Notes: generated from the sequence alone by a model not told the origin. DNA of 64,000 nucleotides from an uncultured Candidatus Saccharibacteria bacterium (GCA_964598205.1 CAZRBB010000002.1:52459-116458), one strand, 5' to 3'. Shown: positions 19,223 through 28,735, counted from the stretch's first letter. A program made the numbers and translations.

Positions 19223-19531
19223 TCAGCCGCCGCCTTGTCCCTGACGACCACGGCCATTAAAAAAGGCGCATTCAAGGTCTTCTTTGCTAAGAGAACAGGT
19301 GCCCCTGCCCTGTTTTTCGTGCTCTCTCTTCTCTTCATTTAAAATTTCTGCAGTGCATTTCCTGCAGAGAACTTTTCTGGAGTAGAATAGTTCTCCAGAA
19401 TTTTGGCGATTAAGACACTTTACGCCAAAATTATTGCTGGGGCACCCGTCGCAAAATGTCCAGTCATTATTCTCTCCGCCAAGGCACGCTAATACGCCTT
19501 GACAAGAAAAACACAAAGCTATTTTCGTCAT
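19223..19531 (-). CDS. small Cys-rich protein (zinc-ribbon-like CxxC pairs) with Gly-rich C-terminus, function unknown
   Basis: 102 aa with 10 Cys, including CFSC, CDGC, CRKC. Strong SD GGGAGG 7 nt upstream of the ATG and a possible TTGACA -35 hexamer at 19627-19632. The C-terminus is NGRGRQGQGGG. Confidence 0.5.
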   Translation of the reverse strand: MTKIALCFSCQGVLACLGGENNDWTFCDGCPSNNFGVKCLNRQNSGELFYSRKVLCRKCTAEILNEEKREHEKQGRGTCSLSKEDLECAFFNGRGRQGQGGG

Positions 19532-19647
19532 GATTTTTCCTCCCTCTAAATAGAGTTGTTTTTTTGCTAGTGCAAGAACGCAATGCTTTCTTGCCAGCCG
19601 TTAAGTTTGCTGATTAAAAAGAGTATTGTCAACCCCAAGTAAGAAGA

Positions 19648-20901
19648 TTATCTTTTGTTTAATGCTTCCATTGGTGTTAAGAGAGAGGCTTTGTACGCTG
19701 GTCGAGAACCAAAGAGAATGCCAATTAAGAGAGATGATAAAAGACTTAGAGCAACGGCACTCGGACTTAAGGGAAAGCTAAGGATTATGTTATAACGGAC
19801 TAGAATTTTTTCTGTAAGTTGATTGCCTAAAAATCCCAAAAAAACACCAAACAGTCCGCCCAAGACTGCGATAAATACTGCCTCCGCTAAGAATTGCCGT
19901 AAAATGTCTGACTGCCAAGCGCCCAGAGCTTTTCTTAGTCCAATCTCTGCCGTTCGTTCGGTAACTGCCACATACATTACATTCATAATTCCTACACCAC
20001 CGACTACTAGGGAAATAGAAGTTAGGGCTAAAAGCAACGCGTTCACCACAGCAAAAATAGTCTTAAGCATCTCTACTGCTTCTGTAATAGGCATTACGGA
20101 AAAATCGTCGTCATTTGGATCGGTTATTTGGTGACGGTCCCGCATTACCTGGGTAATCTCTGCCACTTTTAAATCCATTAGCATGGGATCCTTTAATTTA
20201 AACATTGAATATTGCAAATAATCTATTCCCATGATTTTTTTTTGCAAAGTTTCCAGTGGTAAATGAATCATTGAATCAAAGCTAAAGAACCCAGTAGAGC
20301 CCCTTTCTTTAAGAACACCAATTACTTCAAAAGAAATTCCTTTAATTTTTATTTTTTTATTGAGTGGGTCCTCGCTACCAAAAAAATCTGTAGCCACTTC
20401 GCTTCCCAAAACAACTACTTGTTTTAGTCCTCGGTCTTCGTCTTCTAAATACATTCTTCCCTTTTCTATTTTGAACTGAGCATCTACCAAAGCAATTCCC
20501 GGAGTAACCCCCATAATCATTGTTTGTTCGTTTTTTCCCTGATACCCAACTACTTGCTGACTCATTAAGCCACCATACCAAGAATCGACACCGCTAATTC
20601 GACTGACTGCTTCGGCGTCTTTTAATTTGTAGGTGGTAATGGCGGCGCCACCAACCATTTGATTGGCATTTTCGGCAGAATCTTTTTTAGTCTGGGGAGC
20701 TTTTATTTCAACATCGATCACATCGGTTCCAAAAGATTCCACCTGAGAAAGAACATAGTTTTTTACTCCCAATCCCAAAGAAAGCACCAAAACCACGGAA
20801 GCAGTACCAATGGTTATTCCCAAAAGAGATAAAAAGGTCCGACCCCAATTAGAGACAAGACTGCGTACGGCCAATTTTAGAGGGATGCCAAGGGTTTTCA
20901 T
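19648..20901 (-). CDS. ABC transporter permease, MacB/FtsX-type
   Basis: N-terminal TM segment, large extracytoplasmic domain, then 3 C-terminal TM helices (FtsX domain). Paralog of the adjacent gene. Stop and start are adjacent at 20901. Confidence 0.8.
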   Translation of the reverse strand: MKTLGIPLKLAVRSLVSNWGRTFLSLLGITIGTASVVLVLSLGLGVKNYVLSQVESFGTDVIDVEIKAPQTKKDSAENANQMVGGAAITTYKLKDAEAVSRISGVDSWYGGLMSQQVVGYQGKNEQTMIMGVTPGIALVDAQFKIEKGRMYLEDEDRGLKQVVVLGSEVATDFFGSEDPLNKKIKIKGISFEVIGVLKERGSTGFFSFDSMIHLPLETLQKKIMGIDYLQYSMFKLKDPMLMDLKVAEITQVMRDRHQITDPNDDDFSVMPITEAVEMLKTIFAVVNALLLALTSISLVVGGVGIMNVMYVAVTERTAEIGLRKALGAWQSDILRQFLAEAVFIAVLGGLFGVFLGFLGNQLTEKILVRYNIILSFPLSPSAVALSLLSSLLIGILFGSRPAYKASLLTPMEALNKR

Positions 20902-22157
20902 TACTCGTATCTTAAAGCTTCCATTGGAGAGATGCGGGAGGCCTTAATGGCGGGATACATACCAAAAACCAATCCTACCAAAACGGAAATCAACATTGCC
21001 AACAGAATCGCTAGGGGTGATAAAAAGAAGTTCCACTCAAATTTTAACGCCTGCATGATTAAGCTGATTATAAAAGAAAAAAGAATTCCAATAATAATTC
21101 CTGCGATTCCTCCCAAAAGAGAAACTACGGCTGATTCTACTAAAAACTGAGAAGCAATATCTTCACTTCTGGCTCCAACGGCTTTTCTTAGGCCTACTTC
21201 CCGAATCCTTTGATTAACTGCAATTAACATAATGTTCATAATTCCTACACCTCCTACCAGCAAGGAAATTGAACCAATGGCTAAAAGAAAGTACCGTAAA
21301 ATGTCGGTAACATTGGTAATAATCTTTAAGGCAGAAGCTTGATCCCGTACCGAAAAGTCATCTTCTTGAGAGTCTTTAATGTTGTGATTGATCCTAATTA
21401 TTTGTTTAATCTCTTCTTTAATCCAAGGAATATCGGTGGCATTTTTAGCCTTTAAGCGAATAAATCCTAAGTGGTCTATTCCCATAATCAGTTTTTGTGA
21501 TGTTTTAATGGGAATAAAAACAGAATCGTCTTGGGAATTAGCCCCAAAGGCACTCGCCCCTTTTTCCCTAAAAACCCCAATTACTTGAAAGTTATGATTC
21601 TTAATGGTTATTTTTTTTCCTATTGGATCGTCGTTTCCAAAAAATTCTTTTGCCACCCCCGATCCCAAAACTGCCACTCGGGTTAAATCTTCTCCTTCTT
21701 CTTTATCAAAAAAACGACCGCGAAGAAGCTTGCCATCTTCTACTACTGGATAATCGGCAGTTACTCCAGAAATATTAAAGCTTGATCCCAAACTTTGGTA
21801 AGTTATTTTTTCTTTTTTAAAAACATAACCCGTGGCGGCATCGATTCCCAAAAAATCAGCCTTAGCCAAAAGACTTTCCAAATCGTTTAGGGTCAAAGTT
21901 TTAACGGTGATTCCAAAAGCCATAGCTGGTGGTCCGTCTTCTTTAGAAGCCCCCGGCAGAACGGCAATCAAATTGGTCCCCACTCCTTTAATTTGGCCAA
22001 CAATTACTTCTTGAGCCGATTTACCAATGGCAAAAATAATCACTACGGCTGCTACCCCAATAATAATTCCCAGGATGGTTAAAAAGGAGCGAAGTTTGCT
22101 CCCTAAAAGATTTTTATAAGAAATTTTGATTGCGGTTAGAAAAAAAACAAAGCGCAT
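20901..22157 (-). CDS. ABC transporter permease, MacB/FtsX-type
   Basis: Same architecture as 19648..20901. 418 aa. Confidence 0.8.
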   Translation of the reverse strand: MRFVFFLTAIKISYKNLLGSKLRSFLTILGIIIGVAAVVIIFAIGKSAQEVIVGQIKGVGTNLIAVLPGASKEDGPPAMAFGITVKTLTLNDLESLLAKADFLGIDAATGYVFKKEKITYQSLGSSFNISGVTADYPVVEDGKLLRGRFFDKEEGEDLTRVAVLGSGVAKEFFGNDDPIGKKITIKNHNFQVIGVFREKGASAFGANSQDDSVFIPIKTSQKLIMGIDHLGFIRLKAKNATDIPWIKEEIKQIIRINHNIKDSQEDDFSVRDQASALKIITNVTDILRYFLLAIGSISLLVGGVGIMNIMLIAVNQRIREVGLRKAVGARSEDIASQFLVESAVVSLLGGIAGIIIGILFSFIISLIMQALKFEWNFFLSPLAILLAMLISVLVGLVFGMYPAIKASRISPMEALRYE

Positions 22158-22163
22158 GGCAGG

Positions 22164-22895
22164 CTATTTTAAAGTCTTTTCCTGATTGGCAAATCTTCTG
22201 TTTTTAATCAGTTTATCTTCTGCCAATAGCCCGTCTTTAATGTAAATAACCCGCTTGGCATGTTCGGCGGTAAAAGTTTCGTGAGTTACTAAGATAATAG
22301 TTTTTCCTTCGTCGTTTAATTTTTGTAAAATTTCCATTACCTTTAAGCCAGATTGGGAGTCTAGATTACCGGTTGGTTCGTCGGCAAAAATTATTGTTGG
22401 AGAATTGACCAAGGCTCGTGCAATGGCCACCCGTTGCTTTTCCCCACCAGAAAGCATGTTAGAAAAATAACTTGACCGATGACTCATCATCACGGAAGCC
22501 AAAGCTTGATCGACTTTTCTTATACTTTCTTTTTTATTAATCTCTCCCCTGTCATAAAGAAGTGGCAACTCTACATTTTCAAAAACGGAAGTCTTGGGTA
22601 GGAGATTGAAGGTCTGAAAAACAAAACCGATTTTTTGGTTTCGAATCAAAGCTAGTTCGTTATCAGAAAACTTCTCCGCATTCTTTCCTAAAAAAAAGTA
22701 AGATCCACCACTGGAGCGGTCTAAGAATCCCAAAATTTGCATTAAGGTAGACTTTCCAGAACCGGAAGGTCCCATAATAGAGACGAATTCTCCTTCTTGA
22801 ATTTCAAAAGAAACGCCAGCTAAGGCGTGAGTTTCCGCGCTACCGGAACCGTAGGTTTTTTTTAAATCAACAACCTTAATTAGAGCTTGAGGCAT
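22164..22895 (-). CDS. ABC transporter ATP-binding protein (MacB/LolD-like)
   Basis: Walker [14 protein letters not shown] signature [15 protein letters not shown], Walker [13 protein letters not shown]. Confidence 0.9.
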   Translation of the reverse strand: MPQALIKVVDLKKTYGSGSAETHALAGVSFEIQEGEFVSIMGPSGSGKSTLMQILGFLDRSSGGSYFFLGKNAEKFSDNELALIRNQKIGFVFQTFNLLPKTSVFENVELPLLYDRGEINKKESIRKVDQALASVMMSHRSSYFSNMLSGGEKQRVAIARALVNSPTIIFADEPTGNLDSQSGLKVMEILQKLNDEGKTIILVTHETFTAEHAKRVIYIKDGLLAEDKLIKNRRFANQEKTLK

Positions 22896-22942
22896 TTGAG
22901 ATATTAGAAAGGTTAACCGTAAAACTTACGCGTTTGGCGCAT

Positions 22943-24277
22943 TTAAGGAGACTGGGATTTTTTTTCTAAAACAATAATTTCTTCTCCCTCTCTTAATCCC
23001 GAAACGGCTTCTATAACGCCACCATCCCCTTCTTGACCAGTCTTTACTTCTCTTTTTTCTCTCTTTCCGGCGGTGTCAATCACCCAAATAAATTCTTTAT
23101 CACCTTCCTTAACCAACGCTCTTTTGGGAATTAAAAGAAGATTTGATTTTTGGTTAATAAAAATGTCTAAGTCCGCACTCATTCCTTCTTTAAGTCTGGG
23201 GTCCACTTTTTCCAAGGAGAATTTGGTTTTGTAATAAACAACATCTTGAATAAGGGTGGCAGCGGGGTCGATTTCTATTAGGGTGGCAGCAAAATTTTCC
23301 GAAACCGGCAAGGCATCGAAGGCAACCTGAGTTTTTTGACCTAGTTTTAACTTGGCAATATCTGATTCGGGAACATTGGCTTCTAAAATAAAGTCGTTGG
23401 TAATTATTTCTCCAAAACTACCAGACATCGCTGAGCCTAAAACTTCTCCTGCTTTGTAGTTTAATTTAGAAATCGTGCCGTTGACCGGAGCGCTAAGAGT
23501 TGCCTTTTCTAAATTGGTTAGCGCTTCTTCGTAACTTGTTCTGGCAGCGGCTACTAAAGAATCGCGACTTTTTTGGGCATAATCTGATTTGGCCGAACTT
23601 AATTTTTCTTCTGCCAAGGAAAGAGAGTTCTCCGCACTAACAATATTTAGTTCGGAAGAATCTTCGGCGGTAGTTTGATTTTCTCCGGCAGCATTTTTAT
23701 TAGATTCGGCTGTTTTTAGAGATAACTTGGCGCTTTGTGTTTCTAGGGCGCTGTCCCCGTAATGATCTTGAGCTTTGTGGTAATAAATAAGAGATTCATC
23801 GTAATAATCACTGGCATCACTTTTAGCTTTTTTGGCAGCACTTATTTTTTGATCTTCTAATTTTTTGATCTTTTTTAGATATTTTTCGGAATTTTCTACC
23901 GATAGTTCTTGTTCTTTTATTAGATCATCGCTAGTTCCAGCTTCGGCTACCGTTTTTTCCCAGTTAAGACGAGCGCGTTCGGCTTCTTCGGTAAGCATCT
24001 TTTCTTCCATAAAAGCTAACGGTTCACCACGAAAAACTTTGACGCCGGTTTTAGTTTTTATTTCTTTTATTTTTCCGGTAATTTCAAAGTTTAATCTTAG
24101 AGTTTGGTTGGCAGATAATACTCCCGTTACTGCGACAGTTTCTGTTAGATTGCCACGGGCCACTCTTTCTATTACCAAGCCGGATCGGGGATCTCCTTTT
24201 TTAAAGAAGAAACTAAAACTAATGGCTAAGATTAATAAAATTCCACCCCAAATAAACCACTTCTTTTTTGTTTTCAT
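22943..24277 (-). CDS. HlyD/MacA-family periplasmic adaptor (membrane fusion protein)
   Basis: N-terminal TM anchor. Biotinyl/lipoyl-like hairpin with long coiled-coil segments. C-terminal beta-barrel region KTGQEGDGGVIEAVSGLREGEEIIV. Confidence 0.75.
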   Translation of the reverse strand: MKTKKKWFIWGGILLILAISFSFFFKKGDPRSGLVIERVARGNLTETVAVTGVLSANQTLRLNFEITGKIKEIKTKTGVKVFRGEPLAFMEEKMLTEEAERARLNWEKTVAEAGTSDDLIKEQELSVENSEKYLKKIKKLEDQKISAAKKAKSDASDYYDESLIYYHKAQDHYGDSALETQSAKLSLKTAESNKNAAGENQTTAEDSSELNIVSAENSLSLAEEKLSSAKSDYAQKSRDSLVAAARTSYEEALTNLEKATLSAPVNGTISKLNYKAGEVLGSAMSGSFGEIITNDFILEANVPESDIAKLKLGQKTQVAFDALPVSENFAATLIEIDPAATLIQDVVYYKTKFSLEKVDPRLKEGMSADLDIFINQKSNLLLIPKRALVKEGDKEFIWVIDTAGKREKREVKTGQEGDGGVIEAVSGLREGEEIIVLEKKSQSP

Positions 24278-24345
24278 TTAGAAAAATAATCAATGGGCTT
24301 ATTATAGAATTAAAAAAATAAAAATCAAAACACTGGACTCTTCGG

Positions 24346-24486
24346 CTTAGCTATCTAGGCTTTTGGGAGTACGCGGCGCTCCGCCCAGCGGCTCCGCTTG
24401 CTCTAGTTTGAATCCTCGCTCTTTTCTCTTCGAGAAAAACCGGCCCGCTCGGATTCAAAAGCCTCCCAAAAGCCTAGATAGCTAAG
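24346..24486. repeat. palindromic structured element C (24-nt perfect terminal inverted repeats enclosing a GC-rich core)
   Basis: CTTAGCTATCTAGGCTTTTGGGAG (24346-24369) pairs with CTCCCAAAAGCCTAGATAGCTAAG (24463-24486). Inner pairs are TTGAATCC/GGATTCAA and TTTTCTC/GAGAAAA. Located in the divergent intergenic region between the adaptor gene and priA. Confidence 0.6.
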
Positions 24487-24637
24487 TAATAAAGATAGAA
24501 ACAACAAAAAATACATTATAGACATTCCTACTTTTATTTCTTTTTCCAATTAGCTAAGCTTGAATCAAGAAAGACTAGGAATAAGAACGCCACTCCAAGA
24601 GAGATTGAATTCCAAGAAAGATTAAATTTTAGTTCAT

Positions 24638-26587
24638 ATGGCAGAAATCAAGAGTAAAAAATTTTATGCGGTGATTCCTTTAATTAAGGCCGCCGCACGA
24701 CTTAAAAAAAGCTTTACTTATTTTTCTTTTAGCGAACTTTCATTAGGAGATTTGGTGGTGATTGATTTTCGAAACCAAGAAACGCTCGGTATTGTTTTGG
24801 GGCAGGAGATGATCCCTCCTCGGCTTGCTTCTAAGATAAGTTTAAAGGAAATAAAAGAAGTAAAAATCAAAGGATTTTTTAATCCATTGCAAATTAAGGT
24901 TTTTACAGAAGCAGGTGATTATTATCTTTCTTCTTTGGCTTCTTTTTTGGTGGCTGCCGCGCCGAAGATAATAAAAAAAAGAAAAGCTCTGGTTGACGCC
25001 GAGCCCAAGATTGTTCTCTATTCTGGAAAAATAAAAATCAAGAAAGGAGATTCGGTTAAGGCTAAGAAAATTATTCAAGCATTAAAAAAACAAAGAAGTT
25101 TATTGCTTTTTTCCCAAAAAAGAGAGGAGCTTTTGATCTTCTTGATTGCTGGTGCCATTAATGCTGGTGGCCAAGCCTTAATACTGGTGCCTAACAGTCT
25201 CCTTCTTTCTGCTTGGGAAGAAAAATTAAAAAGTGTTTTTGGTTCCCAATGCTTAGCTGTTTTTGGAAAGAATAAAGCATTGGGAGATTTTTTCCTTAAT
25301 TGGGATGCGGCGAGGCTAAAAAAGAAAAGAATAATCCTTGGCACTCGCTCTGCTATTTTGGGAAATTTCCCAGAATTAAAATTGATTATTATAGAAGAAG
25401 CCCACGACCAATCTTATAAGCAGTGGGGCAAGGCCCCTAGATACGACGCTAGACTAATAGCCGAAAATATTTCCCAGCAGTCGCCGGTAAAGCTGATTTT
25501 GGGAACCGCCTCCCCTACTATTGAACAAGCCTTTTTTTATCAGCAAAAAACTTTGGCTTTTCCTTCTCGCCGAAAAAGAAAACTTTCTTTATTGGTAGAT
25601 GCGGGCGATAAACATAATTTTTCTACCTCTTCAATTATTACAGAACCAATCATTGCAAAAATAAATCGTGCGCTTGGTTTTAAGAAAGTGATCTTTTTAG
25701 GAACTCCACAAAAAGGTTGGGCGGCAGCGATCTTTTGCCGTGATTGTGGCTTTATTCCAACTTGCCCCGATTGCGGGAAGAACTATTACTTGGCTCAAAA
25801 AGAAGAACTTCGTTGCCCTAGTTGCCAAGCAAAAATAAAGGCACCAACGCATTGCCCTAGTTGCCAAGCCGCCTTTACCAAGACTTTAGGCGTGGGCGTT
25901 TTTACTGTTTATTCGGAGATCAAAAAACTGTTCCCCCAAGAGACCGTTCTTCTTTTGGAAAAAGGCACTCCAAAAGAAAAAGAAGAAAACCTAAAAAAAG
26001 CCTTAACCCAAAAAACAGGCTTGATTATTGGTTCGCCAGCCATATTGGGTTTGGCCCGATTTAATTTAGTTACCGGCTTAGCAATTTTATTAAACTCCGA
26101 TAAAGTCGCCTTTCTTTGGGATTACAACGCCGAAGAACGAAAGTATTCAGAAATTGCCCAGTGGCTAAGCGATTCTTTTAAAATTATGGTGCAAACTAAA
26201 TACAGAAAAGAAAAATCGTTCAAGAGAGGTCTTTTGGGACGGTGGGATTTATTTTTTAAAAAAAATCTTGAGCAAAGAAAAGCCAATAATTTTCCACCAT
26301 TCACCCAACTAATAAAGTTTACTGCTTCTTCTCTTTTGGCCACTAGCGCTGAGGCAAAACTAAAAAGACTGGCTAAAAAAATAACCGATACTGTTCTTTC
26401 TTCTTGTTTGATTACGAGCGATCCTTATCCGGGAGTACTTCCTAAAAAAAGAAGTCGTTATTTTTATCATTTAATCCTCACTCTTTCTAAAAGAAAAAAA
26501 GAAGATCAAAAAAAGCTAGAAGAAATTGCCGCCTACTGCCAAAAGGCCGAAATATCCATTGATGTTGACCCGCTAGAAACTCTATAA
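24638..26587 (+). CDS. priA: primosomal protein N' (PriA)-like replication restart helicase, with apparently degenerate ATPase motifs
   Basis: N-terminal 3'BD-like region. Helicase-core spacing with QALILVPNSLLLSAWEEKL. Zn-binding insertion CRDCGFIPTCPDCGKNYY...CPSCQAKIKAPTHCPSCQAA is typical of PriA. The expected Walker A GSGKT was not found (the region reads SQKREELLIFLIAGAINAGG), and DEAH is replaced by EEAH. Confidence 0.7.
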   Translation: MAEIKSKKFYAVIPLIKAAARLKKSFTYFSFSELSLGDLVVIDFRNQETLGIVLGQEMIPPRLASKISLKEIKEVKIKGFFNPLQIKVFTEAGDYYLSSLASFLVAAAPKIIKKRKALVDAEPKIVLYSGKIKIKKGDSVKAKKIIQALKKQRSLLLFSQKREELLIFLIAGAINAGGQALILVPNSLLLSAWEEKLKSVFGSQCLAVFGKNKALGDFFLNWDAARLKKKRIILGTRSAILGNFPELKLIIIEEAHDQSYKQWGKAPRYDARLIAENISQQSPVKLILGTASPTIEQAFFYQQKTLAFPSRRKRKLSLLVDAGDKHNFSTSSIITEPIIAKINRALGFKKVIFLGTPQKGWAAAIFCRDCGFIPTCPDCGKNYYLAQKEELRCPSCQAKIKAPTHCPSCQAAFTKTLGVGVFTVYSEIKKLFPQETVLLLEKGTPKEKEENLKKALTQKTGLIIGSPAILGLARFNLVTGLAILLNSDKVAFLWDYNAEERKYSEIAQWLSDSFKIMVQTKYRKEKSFKRGLLGRWDLFFKKNLEQRKANNFPPFTQLIKFTASSLLATSAEAKLKRLAKKITDTVLSSCLITSDPYPGVLPKKRSRYFYHLILTLSKRKKEDQKKLEEIAAYCQKAEISIDVDPLETL

Positions 26588-28417
26588 GCTTGTCCGCGGA
26601 CAATCACTTTCTTTCCCTTTGCCATATTTCCTCCACAGGATTTTAAAGTTTTCGTCTTCTAATAAAGTTAGAAGCGTTCCTTCGGCAATTACTTCCCCGT
26701 TCTTAAAAAAATAAATGTAGTCGAACATTGGTAGAAGATGAAGCCGATGAATAGAAGAGATCACTGTTTTTTGGGGATATTCTTTAAAAATATTCTTATA
26801 AATTGCTGTTTCGTTTTCGTTGTCTACGCTACTGGTTGGCTCATCTAAAAGAAGAATGTCTTTTTTAGAAGAAAAATAAAGCCCACGAGCTAGGGCTAGC
26901 CGTTGCTTCTCTCCACCAGAAAGAGAGACTCCCCTTTCCATAACATTGGTCGCTAGACCATGGGAAAGTTTTTTTATTGTCTTTTGGAATTCAGCCAAAC
27001 GAATAACTTTGCTTAGTCTTTCTTTTTGGGGATCGCCGCCCATTACAATATTTTCTTTCACGGTGGCGTTAAATAATTCTGGATCTTGAGGAATTAAAGC
27101 TGTTTGGGAATAAAAATGGGCCAAGCCGTTGGGAAGTTTTTTCCCAGCACAATAAACACTAACTTTATTTGGTAAATATAATCCGCGGAGAAGAGAAAGG
27201 ACGGTGCTTTTACCAGAACCACTTTCTCCAATTAGAGCAATCTTTTTTCCTTTAGAAATACACAAGGAAACATTACTGATGTTGCATTTTTCTTCTACTT
27301 CCTTAGTTTCTTCATTTAATGGATTATCTTTGGGGTAAGCAAAGAAAAGCTTGGCTATTTTAATTGTTTGCCAGTCATTGGGAAGGCTAGCGCTGGGAGT
27401 TTTTAATTTTTTTGATTCTCTAAAATCTTTGGTAATAACTTCGGTGGCACGGAGGGCTGAATCTTGAACTACTATTTCGCCATATTTCCAAGCAAAAGCG
27501 TAAAATGCCTCTCCCATGCTAGCTAAATAGCGATATAAAATAAAAAGTGTTCCCACTAAAATCAAACCATCTTTCCTAAAAGAAGTTACCGCATTCATCA
27601 CTATAATTCCCGCGGTCATTAAGCTGATAAAAATCGAGACTACAAACCATTTGATTTCATTAAGAGCGGTGTTTTTTCTAAAAACAGGAAACCCTAAGAG
27701 CGTTCGTCTCCCAATTTCTTTTTGGGCCCGCTTTTCTAGTCGCAAGGTGATTACGGTAATAATGTTGCCAATATAATCGTAAATGCCCGCCGAGAGATAA
27801 TTTTCTGCTTTAAAAACTTTTCTATATCCTTTTCTTAATCGCCTATCAAATAAGAGGATGGAAAAAATCGCCACAATGGAAACCAAGAAAGAAATGACCG
27901 CCGCTGGCCAGTAGAAAAATAAAAGCATTGCCATGGATCCAAAAAGACGAACGGCGTTTTCTATAATCATAAAGCTAGTGGAAGAAAAATCGAACAAGTA
28001 CTGGCCTCCCTTACTTATTTTATCTATAGTGTCTCCGGAATGATGATCCTTCTGCCATTTTATTGGCAACTCCAGAACCTTTCTGATCATTGCCAGTTTG
28101 TAATTTCGACGAACCAAAAAAGCATTTCGCTCTTCTATTACTCTTGCGGTTCCATGAAAGATCCAAAAGCCAACCTCTAATAAGATATAGAAGAAAAGAT
28201 TGGTTATTAGAAGAGTTAAAAATTTAGGATCAGAAGAAGTGGTTTGGGCGGAATTAAAAGCCCGACCAATAACTATTGGTTGAAAAAGCACTATTATGTT
28301 AGCCACAAAAGACATTACGCAGAAAACAATAAACCATTTTCTATTGCCCAAGGAATAACGCCAAGTGTAGCTAAGTAAATTTAGAATGGGATTTTTCTTC
28401 ATGTTTTTAAAATACAT
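26582..28417 (-). CDS. ABC exporter, fused permease/ATP-binding protein (type I, MsbA-like)
   Basis: N-terminal 6-TM domain. Walker A GESGSGKSTVLSL, signature [16 protein letters not shown], Walker B ILLLDEPTSSVD. 611 aa. Confidence 0.85.
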   Translation of the reverse strand: MYFKNMKKNPILNLLSYTWRYSLGNRKWFIVFCVMSFVANIIVLFQPIVIGRAFNSAQTTSSDPKFLTLLITNLFFYILLEVGFWIFHGTARVIEERNAFLVRRNYKLAMIRKVLELPIKWQKDHHSGDTIDKISKGGQYLFDFSSTSFMIIENAVRLFGSMAMLLFFYWPAAVISFLVSIVAIFSILLFDRRLRKGYRKVFKAENYLSAGIYDYIGNIITVITLRLEKRAQKEIGRRTLLGFPVFRKNTALNEIKWFVVSIFISLMTAGIIVMNAVTSFRKDGLILVGTLFILYRYLASMGEAFYAFAWKYGEIVVQDSALRATEVITKDFRESKKLKTPSASLPNDWQTIKIAKLFFAYPKDNPLNEETKEVEEKCNISNVSLCISKGKKIALIGESGSGKSTVLSLLRGLYLPNKVSVYCAGKKLPNGLAHFYSQTALIPQDPELFNATVKENIVMGGDPQKERLSKVIRLAEFQKTIKKLSHGLATNVMERGVSLSGGEKQRLALARGLYFSSKKDILLLDEPTSSVDNENETAIYKNIFKEYPQKTVISSIHRLHLLPMFDYIYFFKNGEVIAEGTLLTLLEDENFKILWRKYGKGKESDCPRTSL

Positions 28418-28420
28418 TAT

Positions 28421-28560
28421 TCAATTTTTAATTACGAATTTTGAATTTTGAAATAATTTAAAACTCTGAATTTTAATTCAAATTTCCAATTTTGAATTTC
28501 GAAATAATTTAAAATTTGGAATTCTAATTTTAATCGAAATTCAAAATTCATAATTAAAAA
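28421..28560. promoter_or_regulatory. AT-rich repeat-containing divergent promoter region (ATTACGAAT / AATTTTGAATTT motif family)
   Basis: Degenerate direct repeats: TTAATTACGAATTTTGAATTTTGAAATAATTTAAAA, and again CAATTTTGAATTTCGAAATAATTTAAAATTTGG. Located between the divergent ABC exporter gene and the tRNA-Lys/Val pair. Related copies are at 10441-10520, 52690-52780, 59795-59820 and 61281-61315. Confidence 0.5.
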
Positions 28561-28652
28561 TTAAATAAGGGTTTGCTAATTGGTTATTTATTTTATATAA
28601 TCCCCCAAGAGTTTTTAGACTCTTTTGTTTTGTTTTTTTAAAAAAAATAGTT

Positions 28653-28725
28653 GGGTGCATAGCTCAGTTGGTAGAGCAGCGGCCTTTTAAGCCGTTTGTC
28701 GTGGGTTCGATCCCCCCTGCACCCA
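28653..28725 (+). tRNA. tRNA-Lys (anticodon TTT)
   Basis: Cloverleaf folded by hand. Acceptor GGGTGCA/TGCACCC. Anticodon loop CTTTTAA. T-loop TTCGATC with one U-C mismatch in the T-stem. No encoded CCA. Confidence 0.8.
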
Positions 28726-28735
28726 CAATTTTTAC

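Noticed and set aside
19150-19338. 62-aa ORF overlapping the 3' end of the Cys-rich gene
   Set aside because: Out-of-frame overlap with a better-supported gene (strong RBS) and no features of its own.
19572-19594. Hairpin GCAAGAA-N9-TTCTTGC as an intra-operon terminator between the permease and the Cys-rich gene
   Set aside because: On the transcribed (minus) strand it is followed by ACTAGCAAAAAAA, not a U-run, so it does not look like an intrinsic terminator. It may be an mRNA-stabilising or processing hairpin.
24346-24486. Element C as SRP RNA, 6S RNA or another known housekeeping ncRNA
   Set aside because: No SRP domain IV consensus and no 6S-like central bubble. The 24-bp perfectly complementary arms with no G-U pairs look like a DNA palindrome rather than an evolved RNA helix. 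Kept as a finding, not as a named ncRNA.
28421-28560. Possible CRISPR array, because of repeated AATTTTGAATTT-type units
   Set aside because: The units are degenerate, the spacing is irregular, and there is no alternation of uniform repeats with unique spacers. No cas genes are in the window. Promoter-region AT-rich repeats fit better.
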